Shown here piece after piece: positions 23,701-37,830 of a DNA stretch of 64,000 nt. This DNA comes from Azolla caroliniana. Taxonomy: Eukaryota; Plantae; Polypodiophyta. Under the pieces are notes generated by a model that was not told the DNA's origin, made no database searches, and saw only the letters and a list, made by a program, of their open reading frames with translations. Made by a program: the position numbers and the translations under genes. The first letter of the stretch is position 1; every line of letters begins with the position of its first letter. The stretch covers positions 25,606,001 through 25,670,000 of the forward strand of contig JBHGNT010000002.1 in the NCBI GenBank assembly GCA_043228905.1, given 5' to 3'.

Positions 23701-26700
23701 TTGCTGGAATACTTATGGTTAATGTACATGAATGCATGCAGACATACGTATCACTGTGTATGTACATACATACATACATACATAGATAAATGTGCACATG
23801 CACATATATAGTATAGCAACAAAAGATTTGCTGTACCGCAACAGATTGGAATTCATCATATTCAGTTGCCAAGGTCTCCCAATTACATGTACTTGGTGGA
23901 GGCATGAAACGACCCCTAAGATTTGGCTTATCCTTATAATCAGTATTCCGTAGTTCTCGATATAGTCTCTGTCCAGTAATAGGGTCATTCTCATACCTGC
24001 ATTAAAAAATCTAGTCAACAAAATATGTTTTAAAAATCATGGTTTGAAAGATCTGTTTTAATTACTTCACAAAAAGGGATATGTCAAGAAGCTTACCAGT
24101 ATCTTGAGCCATGCATGTCAACACCAGTCCTCTCCTTTCTAATGTGAGATAAAGGAACTCCTTTCTTTAGCATATCATCAATAAAAGCCCTTGCATCCTC
24201 TTGCTGATGGTAAAATATAAAGAAAGGATCTCTTAGTGAGGGCTTTACAAAAATGAAAAGCAGTTTGTGCAGAGTGATCAACCTATGGGCTTCTCCAAAG
24301 AATAAATCTACCTTTCAAAAGAATTTGCATAATGTCCTTTTATAAACTATAAATGGAAAAATGAGAAACATAATCTTTGTGATTTAAGAAATCAAATGCC
24401 ACGTAATTTTCATAAATAAATTATTGGGAGCTCAACTCAGGATAAGTTGTATAGAATTCAACATATACAGCGGATTGTGTTAATCATATATTAAAATAAT
24501 AAAAATTAAATGTTTAAACCAAAATCAAAATGTAGTGAATAATAGCATGCTTCTGTGTTTGTTAAAATTGAAATAAATATTTTCCTTTTGTTTCTATATT
24601 CTATTAAATTTGTTACAAAATTAGGAGATGTTTCCCTTCTCTGTCCATGGAACGTGCTCATTACCTACTATTATGAATAGGTTGAGTTTCACTCCTGGTT
24701 TAAAATAGCATATGGAGATGTGAGTTGATTATGATTCACGTCACATGATTATGTTATGAAAAGCACCATCACGTTTTGCTTTTGAAACCCTATAAATACA
24801 TCAGTTCTCTCATGTGTCCAAATCAGTGTGCATGAAATAGGATATTTATTTATGTATGTTAGTTGACCAAACTTGTTGATCTATCATATAAAGTATTATC
24901 ACATGAATTGATTATGTTATGAAAAGCATTATAACATTTTGCTTTTCAAATCCTGTATAAATGTATCTGTTCTCTCATGTGTGTCTGAATCAACCGGAGT
25001 GCATGAAATAGAGTATCTATTGATGTATGTTAATTTGTGTAATTGAAGATTAAAACATTTATTTATTTATATTAATTGTATAACCATGGACATAATGCTT
25101 CTATGACCTTCAAATTATGGATTTCCTTTACATTTGTTTAAATCATGAATTTCCTTTACCTTGATTGATCATGAAATTTGGCAGTAGTTCTTACTGTTCT
25201 GATCCAGGAGTGGTATGTTACAATTCTAATCATGGAGATGAACCAGGGGAGCATGATTCATTTCTTCTACCCACTGACATAATGGTTAGAATCATGGATC
25301 TCCTTTACCTTAAACTAATCATGAATTCTGGCAGTAGTTCTTACTGTTCCAATTCTAATCATGGAGATGAATCAGGGGGGCATGTTTCATTTCTTCTACC
25401 CACTTGTGTAGTGGTTAGAACTATGGATTTCCTTTACCTTTGATTAATCATGAAATTTGGCAGTTATTCTAGTCATGAAGATGAACCAGGGGAGTGGTTT
25501 TATTTCGTCTTCAACCCACTTGTGTAATGGTGAGAAAAACAGAGATACGTATGTATTTTATGTTTAAAATAATATAATTGAACTCTGAAATACAAACATG
25601 AGTACTTGAAAAACAGGTATACATATTGCAGGATGCATTTATATTATGTGAAGGCAAGTAAAAATGAAGAAAATTTTGGGGATTACAGTCTAGTATTTAA
25701 ACAAATACAAGTATAGAAAACTCTAGAAACTTACATCAGCACGAGCTTCACACAATGCTTTTAGAATAATGACTCGAGTGTCTGGAGGTAATTCCTTGTA
25801 AGTTTCTAGCTCATCCCTGTTCACAACAGAAACCAAAATGATCCAGGAGAACAAGGATGAAATCAGAATACATGAAAATAGTGAAATATCATATAGAGAT
25901 AATCAATCATAGATCAAAAATCTGTTAAAAGAAGATGCTGACCCATGGTAAGGAGCCAATGGAAATGAACCTTCTGCAACCTGACAAAAAAAAGAATCCA
26001 AACATCAGAAGGGAAACTAATATTGCTACAGATAATGAGTGATTGAACTGTATAGGAAAAACAACTCTGAACTATCCTCCAAATTTTTTATTTTATTCCC
26101 AAAGTTTTTATTATTTCTCCATACAGTTGGTCAATGCCAAGAGAGAGAAAAGAGTGATGAATTGAGCACATAATTGCTCGAATAGCATACGTAATTTCTC
26201 TTTCAATCATTGAACAAGGGCATTTCGGAAGTAACAAAAATGTGGAAACAAAATTAAAACACAGGATAGTTGAGAGTTTTTCCCTTTAATATGTAGTCTA
26301 GATTTTAGAAAGGACCAGATTATTACCCAAGGCCACCATTCTATCATCTTCTTGCAAAGTAATGCAACCCATGTGTCTTGATTGATGGGAGTTCTACTAA
26401 TTGGTCGAATGGCCTGCATTGATCAGCTCTTCAGCAATAGTGTGTGTGCTAGTTCTGACAAAAAAATGGAAATTTAATCCAAACAATTCGCACCTTTAGA
26501 AGAGCAATGTGAATCTCTTCCAACAATGAGTTGGGCATCAGCAAAGCATTCTCAAGATCCTTTATGGTGAACTCAGAGTTAAACTTGAGGATGGGTCTGA
26601 ACACCTGTAGGGGGAAAATTTTCAATTTTAACTTTTGATTCCCATATAGGATCATTGCATTAAAATGAAGGGTGAAGACAACATGGAAAAAAACAGTATG

Positions 26701-27865
26701 GGTTGAAAATCACCAGAAAACAAGAGAAAAAGGGCATAAATTGGGCATCACTGTCATTTATCAAGTTCCTCAACTGTGCAATAGCATTGCATTTAAAGAA
26801 GAAATCAAAAGAGCCAAAACCAGGCATCCTTATCGAGCTCCTCTAAAGTGTGAGGGAGGATGCAGGGTGCAATTCGTACACATAGCAGAAAAGAAATGGT
26901 CAGAGTTGGGAGAAAAAGATAGGGTCAGTGTTGGGGAATCGGAATAGTACTCCCAGAGTGTGCAAACACAATATCCAAAACACATAAAAAACAAGGGTGA
27001 AAAAGCTAGAAATTCAGCATCAGAAGAGCATTGTCAAGCTCCTCTATAATGTGCCAACACATGATCTAACATCATAATAAACAAGAGGGAAGAAGTGGAA
27101 TTTTGAAGGTCATAAGAGAAGGAAAGGGTTTCCAACGACATGCCATGAAATCTAAATCATTAGGAAAGAGGAAAAGGGAGCAATTTATTCAGCATAAAAT
27201 ACAGGGTCATAGATCACATGAAATATATGTTTTTCACTTTCCACTTCTTGTGAAAAGAAACAAGTAAAAAAACAACAAAAATTACTAGCATTCATGGAGG
27301 GATAGGAATTCAGGCGAAAGTAAAAGAATGTTGACACAACAAGTGAGACAATGGGAGGCAAACAAATCAAACACAAAAAAGCAAAAAACAAAGAAGAAGA
27401 GAAAGCTACACTCACATTGAAGAAATGAACGATGGACGCTAGCTCCCACATCCTACGGAGGAACCACAACGGATCTCGATCCGGTGATGCAGGCGTTGGC
27501 ACAAGAGCCATAGGAATGCTTCCTCCACCGCTTCTGATCCCATTCCCTTCTTTTCCAGCACTGATCCCCCGATTCCCATCAACATTTCCTACATTCCCAT
27601 CCATATTTTTATCACAGCTCCTGATGCCATTTCTAGTGGCCCTGTTCTGTGTGCGAGGTGTAGATCTCTGCACAGAGGGGGCGAGGGGGGCCAATCGGGA
27701 AGGGGTCTTTGACCTGCATGCTCTAGGGGGTCTCTTGGAAGGTGAGCCATGTGGGGTCTTGGTCCGTTTCTTCTGGTGGATCTGATACTTCTGATTCTCG
27801 ATGGATATAACAAAAGAAGAGGAAGAGGAGGAGGAAAAGGGGTGCCTCATAGGATCGCTCATCAT
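20795..27865 (-). CDS. DDT-domain protein (DDR4/DDR5-like, ISWI-associated chromatin factor), ~12 exons
   Basis: Approximate exons 27865-27416, 26604-26494, 26413-26327, 25980-25943, 25817-25736, 24203-24097, 23996-23836, 23671-23579, 23257-23134, 22263-22221, 22148-21924, 21725-20795. Motifs: LRRMWELASIVHFFNVFRPIL, IHIALLK, DTWVALLCKK..EWWPWVAEGSFPL, YKELPPDTRVIILKALCE, GSRYWYENDPITGQRLYRE, RSKRQRKPVTYTFDDYDKSISDAIKITK, and an acidic C-terminus ending in RYLDLN. Confidence 0.85.
24720..25520. repeat. Degenerate tandem duplications in a DDT-gene intron
   Basis: gattatgttatgaaaagca...gtgcatgaaatag is repeated (~24747 and ~24909). atcatgaa(a)tt(t)ggcagt...catggagatgaa is repeated three times in 25165-25495. 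Confidence 0.75.
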
Positions 27866-29957
27866 TCCTCCATGTCCTTCTCTGTTACAGAGAGAGAGAG
27901 AGAGAGAGGATTTCCCCTGTTCCCGATCTCTCTCTCTCTCAGAGGTAGCAAGTAGTTAGCAGAGTGTTATGCCAAATTTGTTCCTTGTATAAAGAAAAGA
28001 TACTACTTCCTTGGTATATGTATACATAATACTACTATACTATACATACTTTAAAATACTATACTGTACTATAAGTCTATACTATACTATACTATGCTAT
28101 ACGGTTAGAGCATTTAGTATCTTCATATAGGTAGTCTATATGTATATACATATGTACATAGATAGTTCATCACAACTCTCTATGTATTGTCTTCTATTCA
28201 TCGCAATTTTCAGCTTGATGTGCAAAATTACTAAAGGCAAGAATGAATACACACTCACTCTGCATGAAAGTGTATAGATCCAATGCATCGCCTCCCTCGA
28301 ACATCCTTACCAAGTGAGCTTCAACCTCATTTAGAATGCCTCGCATGTAAGGACACCATGCATGGTCTTTGTGAGTTCCCACATGTTTTGCGACATCATT
28401 CGACCGTTGAGAGGTTGAAATAGATCATCTATATTGTTGCTCGCATACTTATTTAACACGTGAAGATGTCATTAAGCATCGCTTGCTAGAATGGTTCCTA
28501 CTCCAATCATGTTCACATGTTTTCCATGTCACTAAATTGTTGCCTAATGTGGCGTCCTCTCTAGGCATTCAAGTAAATCTCTCAATGGGCAATCTCTTCA
28601 CCATCAACATAGGTGATAACCATTAGTCTTGAGGTTGTTCCGCATTGGTTTGGGAGGGGTGGTAGGGAATAGAATTATAGAGCTATGTAAATTCTTTGTA
28701 CATCACATGATCATGTTGAAACATGCAAACGGTAGTGTGATTGGTTTCTAGTTAGATATGTGTTATGCATCTTGTGGTATTCACGCAAGGGGGTCACTTC
28801 ATTTGCAACTCAAGTTCATGTTGTTCAAACTCATGGCCTTGATGGAATGCAAGTCATTCATTACGAAATCCTCGACAAAGACTCAATAAAATATGTCATG
28901 CAAGGATTTTTATTTCTTTGTCGTCATTTTGTGGATAATTACAACGAAATCATTATATTTAATAATGCCCACATAAATTATATTTCACTTACAAAAACCA
29001 AAAGCTACAAGATGTACTGGGTAAAACTCTTGAAGTGTTAATTTTCTCATTTATATTACGAGAGCCTTTTTCATCAATGGCCCCATTATTTTCTTTTTCA
29101 CCAAGACCTTGGCTCCTACAACTTACTTAATATATCGTTGACTCACCTTTATCAGCTCTCCCTTTATTGCAACAACCTTTCAAGACATTAATTTAAGTTC
29201 GTTTATTTTCTAGTTTATGATTAAATCAATGCATTCTCAAATGGCTATATCCATAAGAAGTTCAAGACACTTGGTGTGTCTCAACCAAGTCATGATATAG
29301 ACCCTACCTTCACAAAGATGAAGTCTCAAATGATAAGTTTGGAAAACTCAAATGATAAGTTTGGAAAAAGAAGCCAATAAAAAACATTCATTGCGTTTGC
29401 TACTAGATCACCCCCAAGTCATGAACCATGACATTTGCCAAATGTACTCACCACAATATTATTAAACACAAAAGGACTTTCGCAGATCATGGTAACTGAT
29501 GTTTAGGTTATCAATCTAACATCTTTAATGCATTTGAACAGGATAACATAGTTTCGTTAACAAGACTTGAACCTCAGTCACTCGGATTAAAACACAAATA
29601 GTCCATTCATATAACAATAAAATAATTTATTCCATCTTTTCCATTGACATATAAACCATCTTGCAGTAAATCTACAGTTCGATACAAGTCTCCTCTGACC
29701 ATTTTGATTTGTTGATACAAATCTTAGGATTTCTGGAGAGAACTCATCGAGGTATAACTCCAAATTACAGCCTCTCTATACACTGAACAATCTATACATA
29801 TGTATGTTCTGTACAAAGAATTGAACTTCCTTTCTCATTGCAAGAGGGTCATCTCTTCTTTTTTCTTATTTTACCCCTTTTTGCAATGAATATATAAATA
29901 TACAATAACTTATATATATATATATATATATAATATACACACAACACCACCTATACT

Positions 29958-32900
29958 TTAGAGTGAGCCAGTCCTTATTGACACGCAGACTTCTTCACAG
30001 CTTCTATCAGGTTTACGATGATGCATCACAACAGGATTCCCTGTTTCATCAATATCGACTAGAGCTGTATCTCCATTGCTATAAGCTTCTGCCAACAAAG
30101 CCTCACTAACCTTATCTTCAACGAGCTGAACTATTGCCCTACGAAGAGGGCGTGCTCCATAGGTGCGGTCGTATCCTTGGTCACATACAAGTTGAACCAT
30201 TGCTTCTGAGATCTCCAAACCAATTCCCATCTTGGATAGCCGTGCCTTTGTTTCCTTTAACATCATCTCTACAATTTCCCGAACCTATCACAGATTTCCC
30301 ACTCATCAGTGTTATGTAATCACATTCATCACAGATACATTGTACAATAGTATTACAATATCAAAAAAGAATGCATTGTAGCATAATAGATTACATTGAT
30401 CCATAGCTAATGAATATAATGCAGCACTGTTTTCATCAATCCATTGGCTAAAAACCCATTGTAGCATATGATAATTACATAAATCCACAAGCAAAGAAAA
30501 ACATTGTAGTATACACGGACAATAGTTGAAACACTTACATCTGATTTCTCAAGCGACCTGAAAACTACTACATCATCGAGTCTATTCAACAATTCAGGCC
30601 GAAAATATGACTTCAATTCTTCCATAACTAGGGAACGTAACACTGCATATTTTCCTTCATTTGAATGGTCTGTAAAGGTAAAGCCTATCCTGTTACTGCC
30701 TCCTTTCGCAATTGCCGTTGATCCAATATTGGATGTCATGATAAGAAGAGTATTCTTGAATGATACTTTCCGACCCTGAAGACCAAGATAAGTGGCCATA
30801 AAAGATGCGGCATTAAGTCAGGTGAGTGGGTTTAAAATGTTAGTGATCCCTCACTGATGTGAATGCCATTAAAATATTCTCAACTAGATGTTATCTATAC
30901 AAGTCCTTTTAATCCATGCATTTTACTACAAACCTATTAGTGAGAAACCTCAAAGAGAGGTGAAAAATCACAAAGAATTTTGACGAGTAAGATTAATGAT
31001 ATTCAAAAAATAGGGCATAAAAAGTCCCTTCCCATGTCATGGAGACACACCTGAGAATCTGTAAGATGGCCATCTTCAAATATTTGTAACAGAAGATTGA
31101 ACACATCAGGGTGAGCTTTCTCAATCTCATCAAGTAAAATAACTGTGAAGGGCCGTCTGCGCACAGCTTCTGTAAGAGTTCCACCATCACCATATCCCAC
31201 ATATCCAGGTGGTGACCCTATCAACTTGCTTACAGTATGTCGTTCCATGTATTCACTCATGTCTAGCCTTACCATAGCTGACTCCTACAACAAGCACAAC
31301 CAACGCTTAATGGTTCAACAATAAGACAAAGTATGTAATTAATTACATACTCAATAATGATAAGAAATAATACCAAGTGTATGAAAATATATCAGATAGC
31401 CAATAATGATAAAACAATGATATTAAGTGTATGAAATTATATCAAGATTAATGATAATACAAAGTGTGATAAAATATATTAAACTTACTGATCCAAAATA
31501 ATGTTCCGACAAAGCTTTTGTAAGCTCGGTTTTCCCTACTCCTGTAGGCCCACAAAACAACATTGTGGCAATTGGACGGTTCGGATCTTTCAGACCTACA
31601 CGAGCTCGTCTTATAGCACGAGCAATTGCACTCACGGCATCACGTTGACCCACAACACGAGTTTGGAGAGTTTCTTCAAGATGAATAAGCTTGTTTTGCT
31701 CATCAGCGGTTAATTGCTCAAGAGGAATACCAGACCACATGGACGCAATTGATGCAATCTCTTCGGGACCAACAACAACTAATCTGCATTGAAGGTTAAA
31801 AACAATACCTTTTTAAGCTCAATAGCCTACAGTAAATTTTCACTTGGGCATCTAACATTCAATGAAAATTCACTCATAAAAATGGTACCCATCATCATAA
31901 TCATCACTTTCGAGCATGGTATGCACCCCTAGCGATGAACTGTCTTGAGTATCAGACTCTGTCTCTAAAAATCCAGATATGGTATTATCTTCCTCATTGG
32001 ACTTCACTGGAATACCACTTGTTTGAGGTACAAGCATCTGTGACAATAAATATAGATATAAACAGCAAATTAAAAGAAAAAATAATAAGATATCCAGTTG
32101 TTAGTGGATCATCAGTATCCATACATACAACAGTATTACGCTTATAGCCATAGCTGCACTGGAAAGGAGAAATGGTTTTGAAAAGCAAGATAAAGATGGA
32201 TGAGCCTATATGTACACATATACCCAAGGAATGAATTAATTAGTGACCATTGACAAGATAATTTGGTCATTCAACCAAAGAATAAAATCTCTCCGTTTTG
32301 AATAGGCCACTACTCTTTTCAGCTAGTCTATTTCATGGATAAATTGTTTCAGGGAGCTTGCATGTTGGATTGTAAAAGATAAACCATGATTACACATTTT
32401 TGTTTGATGGGTTCATGTAGCTTCTCTAGATCTTGGCTTCAATGTTTCAGAGAGAAACAGAATGGGATTACATCGTATTAGCATCTGCAAATAGGCTTAT
32501 GAGATCAGAGATAGATAGAAGATAGATTTTATTATTGTCCTTGACAGTCAAAGATACGAGAGGGAGAGAGAGATAGAGCGAGAAGGATTGACACTAAGAC
32601 ACTAGTTGCTTTAACAACTCACACAGGTCGACCCTAAATTGACGATGGAGATCGTTTTCCTATTTTGGAAATATTGGGGATTGTGTCATAATTGAGATGA
32701 GCGCAATGCTTTTGTATTTGATGATAGGCGTGGAGTCAAAGAATATCTACGAAAGTTGAAGGGGGTACTAATGTGGCAATTTTCTTCATTGGAGCAAGTG
32801 TAAATTCTTTCCTAGGTGGAGTGTTTGCCTTGCCTATTGACGATTCAACATGTCCCACAACCCTTGTAGTTAGTGGTGACCACATTCGATTGTGGTACCA

Positions 32901-35900
32901 TTGTAGTGTTTTCCACACATTTATTAATATAGTTGTGTGTTTTCACCAAAGAGCGGGATCAAAACTTTGGGAAAATAAATAAATTGTTGAAGGGAAAGTT
33001 CAGAAAATCTAGCTTCAGCTATTCGGAAAATGAAACCGTGCATTATATGGTCTAAAATATACGGCTCTAGCTACTAGACATTAGATCACAAAAAATATAA
33101 TACATGACAATAATAAGACAAATGAGAAGTTGTGCAAGCTATACGATGGAAATCAGAAGAGAACAAAACTTGTCTCTTTGATGAGGATTTCACAAAACTT
33201 TAGAGAGGGTATGCATTTCATTGCTTCTTATTTGCCACTAAAGTGACAGAAACTCCTAGCAGTAACACCAGCTGTTTATAGCCATCATTTACAAAGGAAA
33301 GATATGTTATATAGAAATAAAGTAGAATTTCCCAAAAGATTCGGCTTTTATGAATCTTTTTACTCTGAGCTCTCAAGCACTTCCCAACTACTTTTATACT
33401 GCTATCTAGAAATGCAAAACATATCTTAATCTACATACTAGAATATCAACTAGTGATTTATAATATCTTTGACATTATTTTGTGGAAGGGAGTATAGGGT
33501 CAAGGTATACCGATTCATGGAAAGCTTGTGCCATTCGGATTTCTTTCCAATAATCGCTAGGAGAACTTGAAAGAATAGCAACCTGGCGTTCTTTCCGTGT
33601 TTTAAATGCATTAATGCGAGCACGACTCCCTGCTTCATCCAACAAATCAATAGCCTTATCGGGAAGGAAACGATCTGGAATGTATCTGGATGATAAATAA
33701 ACAGCTGCTTCTAATGCTTCAGCTGTTATTCTACACTTGTGATGTTCCTCGTACTTCTCACGAAGGCCCATAAGGATTTCCAAAGCATCTTCCTGTGTAC
33801 AAACAGATTCCCAGAATGCCAATCAGACAAGGACACAAATAAAGAGAACGTTTTGACAAAAGCAGAGACGAGATTCAAGGAAAGAGCATGTACCTGGGAT
33901 GGTTCATCGACCATCACTGGCTGAAAACGGCGTGCCAAAGCTTTGTCTTTTTCGATATGCTTTCTATGCTCTACAATTGTTGTAGCTCCTATACACTGTG
34001 AAAAATAATACAAAATTCTAAGTATTGGCCATGATACAACTTAGAGCACGATATGTTCCCTACCAAACATTCTTTTTGGAAAACCTATACATTTGTAAGT
34101 TAAAAGATTCCAACTTATAGAATAAAACCTAAACCTTTACAAGTTATCATATTATGTGATCACAAAATGAAAGAAGAAGAGAAACAAATATAAAAATCAA
34201 TAAATCTGAGGATCCCAAAAGGGTCCATGTATCATGATTGCAATACATGTCATCAACACAAAACAAGATATTCAAACAGCTAGATTTTACAAATCCACCA
34301 AGCCAGGGTCCTAAGAAGTTGGACAAATAGGCTATTCTTGAAATGTGAGAATATTGCACATCCAGAGACAGAATGACACAGTATTTGCAAGAAAACCTGA
34401 AGTTCGCCCCTAGCTAGAGGAGGCTTCAATAGATTTGCAATGTCAAGACCACCCCCTCCACTTCCACCTCTACCGGCTGACCCTGAGCCAACTAGTGTGT
34501 GAACTTCATCAATTAACAATATGACGTTGCCTGAAATAAAACAAAATCCATGTATGCAAAATGAGTGCTTATGACTAGGTATATCAAGGGATCAACACAT
34601 CAAAAAAGCATTGGAACGAGGTATCACACCTGACTGCTTGATTTCATCTATAAGATTTGTCACCCTGGATTCCAATTCCCCTCTTTCCTTCGCTCCTGCA
34701 AGGAGAAGTCCCATATCCAGCGACATTACACGCTTCTCCTGGTGATAGGAATCAATAATAGAAGAGCTTTAGCGTGTTGACTATGATTTTCAATGTAAAA
34801 GTTTGTCAAAAAACAATAGGGTGAACTTCAAATTTTGACTCATGGAAAGACGGTTATGTAAAAGTTTGTCATGGAATGGCTTACACTGAGAAATTCAGGC
34901 ACACCAGAATTAACAATACGTAGTGCCAAGCCCTCAGCTATAGCAGTTTTCCCAACACCCGGTTCTCCGAGAAGCATCGGGTTGTTTTTTGTGCGTCGTC
35001 CAAGGATTTCAACTACCCGTTGTACTTCTTTATCCCGGCCAATCACTGGATCAATCTTCCCATCTCGAGCTCGAGCAGTTAAATCCACGCAGAAATCTTC
35101 CAAGGATCCTTTTTCTGGAGCATTTCAGCACAATGGAACAAAATAAGTGAAAATGTCATTAAGTATTACATGCAATGAATCGGACCAAAGGAGTGATGAA
35201 CGATCAATGGCATGTTGTTTACAGCACCTTTCTTGGTGAAGTGAGATAAATTCTCAAACGCATTTTTCCTATATATTATAGTACCAATTTGGATCAATTG
35301 CAATTTGCTATAGATTATAGCACCTTTCTTGCTCAAATTGGTGATAAAATGTTTTAAATGTTGATCCTATAGAACATTTGCTATAGGTTATCACATCTTT
35401 CTCGCTCAAATGAGAGATAAAACGTTCAGAAGATTTTTTCTATAGAATATTTGCTATAAGTTATAGTACCTTTCTAGCTCAAAGAGATCAAATGTTCAAA
35501 ACATTTATTTTAAAGAATATAGTACATTTCTTACTCCGAGAGCGCTTGGAAACTGTCCCTGCCCCTGCAGAGGACTTCTCTGGTACTGCTGTTGGAGGTA
35601 TCGGTGTCCTTCCTTCATTGGCTAGCTCCCTTTGTAACCTAGAAATTGCTTCAGACCGTAGTTTCTCTCTATTAAGACCCATGCTGCATAAAAAAAACAT
35701 TTAGCAAACTAAAGAGGACACTAGATATTCCACATCTCAGGATTTTATTTGTTGAAAAGGTTTGTATGTATCATTGTGTATTACTAGAATTTAGTTATTC
35801 TTACGATTTTGTGCGTTCTGTTCCACATATTAAAATTATATTCATTCAACAGATTTTTTATACAAGATCTTACATAACCTTTAATTTATTTCATTTGAGT

Positions 35901-36925
35901 CTATTATCTATTTTTAAGATTTTATGTGTATCATTCACATAACAAGATCCCATTACTCATAGATTTTCTGGCTGTACCATCCACATACTATTTACTTCTA
36001 TAACCTTGTATACATGTCCCACATAACAAGATTCTATCATAAGATTTTCTATGTACTATTCCGAATAACAAGATTTCAATTATTATAAGATTTTGAAAGT
36101 ATCATTCCAGAACAAGATTTTGTATGCACCATTCCACATAATGAGATCTTATTTATTCATAAGATTTTTTTACGCATACCATTCCAAGAGTTTCCAAGCC
36201 ATCCCATCAACATCAACAGTTAAGATGGCAATGGCTATATGCTCGGGGGCGATGTAGTTATGTCCCATTGTCTTGGAGCTTTGTAATGCTGCCTCAAAGA
36301 CTCGTTTGGTCGATGAAGAGAAAGGCATTTGACTGGGAGATATGTTACCTGGATTTGCATTTTGTGTCGATAAAGATCGGGCAGCTTCTCGTGCTCTCTC
36401 TATGGTCACACCCGAGCGAAGAAAACCTTCACTTGCTCTATCTTCAGCAATCAAACCTAGCAAGAGTTGTTCTGTACCAACCTCTTGTTTATCGAATGCC
36501 TTGGCTTCTTTTTGCGCGAGCATAACTGATTTGATGGCCCTTTCCGTAAATCGTTCGAATACTGCAACAACAATAGTAGGTCTGGTAACACGTGATTTGG
36601 TCATTGATTTGTATGCAATTTGTCGAGATGCCAAATAATTGAATCTCTCAGATGTCGAGAGATGTCGCCCTCCCAAATCATCAGATTTACGCAAACCATG
36701 GTGCGAAACTGAGGTTGGAGATTTGTGGTGTGAAATGGAGGAGGATAATCGGAATCGGACACTGTTGGTGATAACATTGGCATTGAAGCGAGCTCCACGA
36801 GAATGATGAGAAATAATTCTTTGATCCCCTCTTTTCTTCCTGGATGATGAAGACGACAACGTAGTTGATGAAGAAGAAGAAAAAGGCAACGCACATGCAG
36901 TGGATGCGAGTGGGATGACCTCCAT
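29958..36925 (-). CDS. clpD: Chloroplast Hsp100/Clp AAA+ chaperone ClpD (ERD1-like), 12 exons
   Basis: Exons 36925-36180, 35683-35535, 35114-34885, 34738-34630, 34530-34397, 33995-33894, 33792-33511, 32037-31889, 31783-31489, 31284-31051, 30775-30539, 30284-29958. Ser-rich transit peptide; Clp-[30 protein letters not shown]; Walker A GEPGVGKT and GPTGVGKT; Walker B LLIDEVH and [10 protein letters not shown]; IGF loop; GARPLRR. The middle region lacks a ClpC UVR-like coil, as expected for ClpD. Confidence 0.93.
35210..36170. repeat. Intronic minisatellites in clpD introns 1 and 2
   Basis: Intron 2 has repeated tatagcacctttcttgctcaaa..gataaa units (35220-35490). Intron 1 has many attccacataacaagatt-like units (35780-36170). 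Confidence 0.7.
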
Positions 36926-37013
36926 ATGATGATGTTAACGTGTCTCTCCCACCAGGATTCTCTCTTTGAGATGGTTCTGTCTCTGGATCGCCCACTTATA
37001 TTCCGTTTGAGGG

Positions 37014-37015
<2 letters not shown>

Positions 37016-37077
<62 letters not shown>
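37016..37077 (+). repeat. (CT)~30 microsatellite in the clpD 5' flank (potential BPC/BBR GA-element)
   Basis: Perfect CT run ~90 bp upstream of the ATG at 36925, flanked on both sides by ccgtttgagggattctctc. Confidence 0.85.
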
Positions 37078-37080
<3 letters not shown>

Positions 37081-37561
37081 TTGAGGGATTCTCTCGATCT
37101 CGACTTACTCTGTCTGAAGCGATTATCTGGGAGACGGGTAGATCGCCCGGGTTGCTGTTCTGATTAAGGTATTCTTTCTCTCTGTCTGTCTGTCTCTCTC
37201 TCTGTCTCTTGAGGATCGCCCAATCACTCTGCTTGAAGCGATTCTAAGTCAGATATAATAATAATAATAATAATAGGGTTGGCCTCTCTGTCTCTGTCTC
37301 TGCCTTGCCTTTTTTCTACGGTGCCGATCTCTCCCATATGAAAGAGAGAGAAATGTAAGAGAGAGAGAGAGAGAGGAGACGTGTCGGCTGACGTTAGTTG
37401 GGGGGGGGGAAGAGTCGGAGGTACTCCTCCTACTGCTGCGATTGATGATTACACAGAGAGAGAGACAGAGAGAGAGAGATGGAGGGGAGGGAGGGAGGAA
37501 AAGAACAAAATGGAGAGATATGTACATACGATTCCATGAACAAACAAACAGACACACTGTG

Positions 37562-37573
37562 AGATGATGATGT

Positions 37574-37613
<40 letters not shown>

Positions 37614-37756
37614 GGGAGACCCCATCACCATCTCCATCATCAAATCATGAGCGAAGGTGTGTGCACACAATGTATGTATGTATGTATGTATGTATGTATG
37701 TATGTATGTATCATGTATCATGTATGTATGTATGTATCATGTATCATGTATGTATG

Positions 37757-37788
<32 letters not shown>

Positions 37789-37830
37789 TGTATGTATGTA
37801 TGTATGTATGTATATGTATGTATGTATGCA
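37562..37830 (+). repeat. (GAT)n and (TATG)n microsatellites
   Basis: GAT run at 37563-37611 and TATG run at 37672-37828. The overlapping MYVC/HTYI ORFs are repeat translations. Confidence 0.95.

Noticed and set aside
28150-28900. Possible decayed transposase between the DDT gene and clpD
   Set aside because: Only short ORFs with many stops and no convincing catalytic or SWIM motif.
35780-36170. Regularly spaced ~18-bp repeats resembling a CRISPR array
   Set aside because: They lie in a eukaryotic intron, the repeats are degenerate, the spacers resemble each other, and there are no cas genes. This is a minisatellite.
29958-36925. Calling the Clp gene ClpC or ClpB
   Set aside because: The N-domain sequence ([31 protein letters not shown]) and the short non-coiled middle region fit ClpD.
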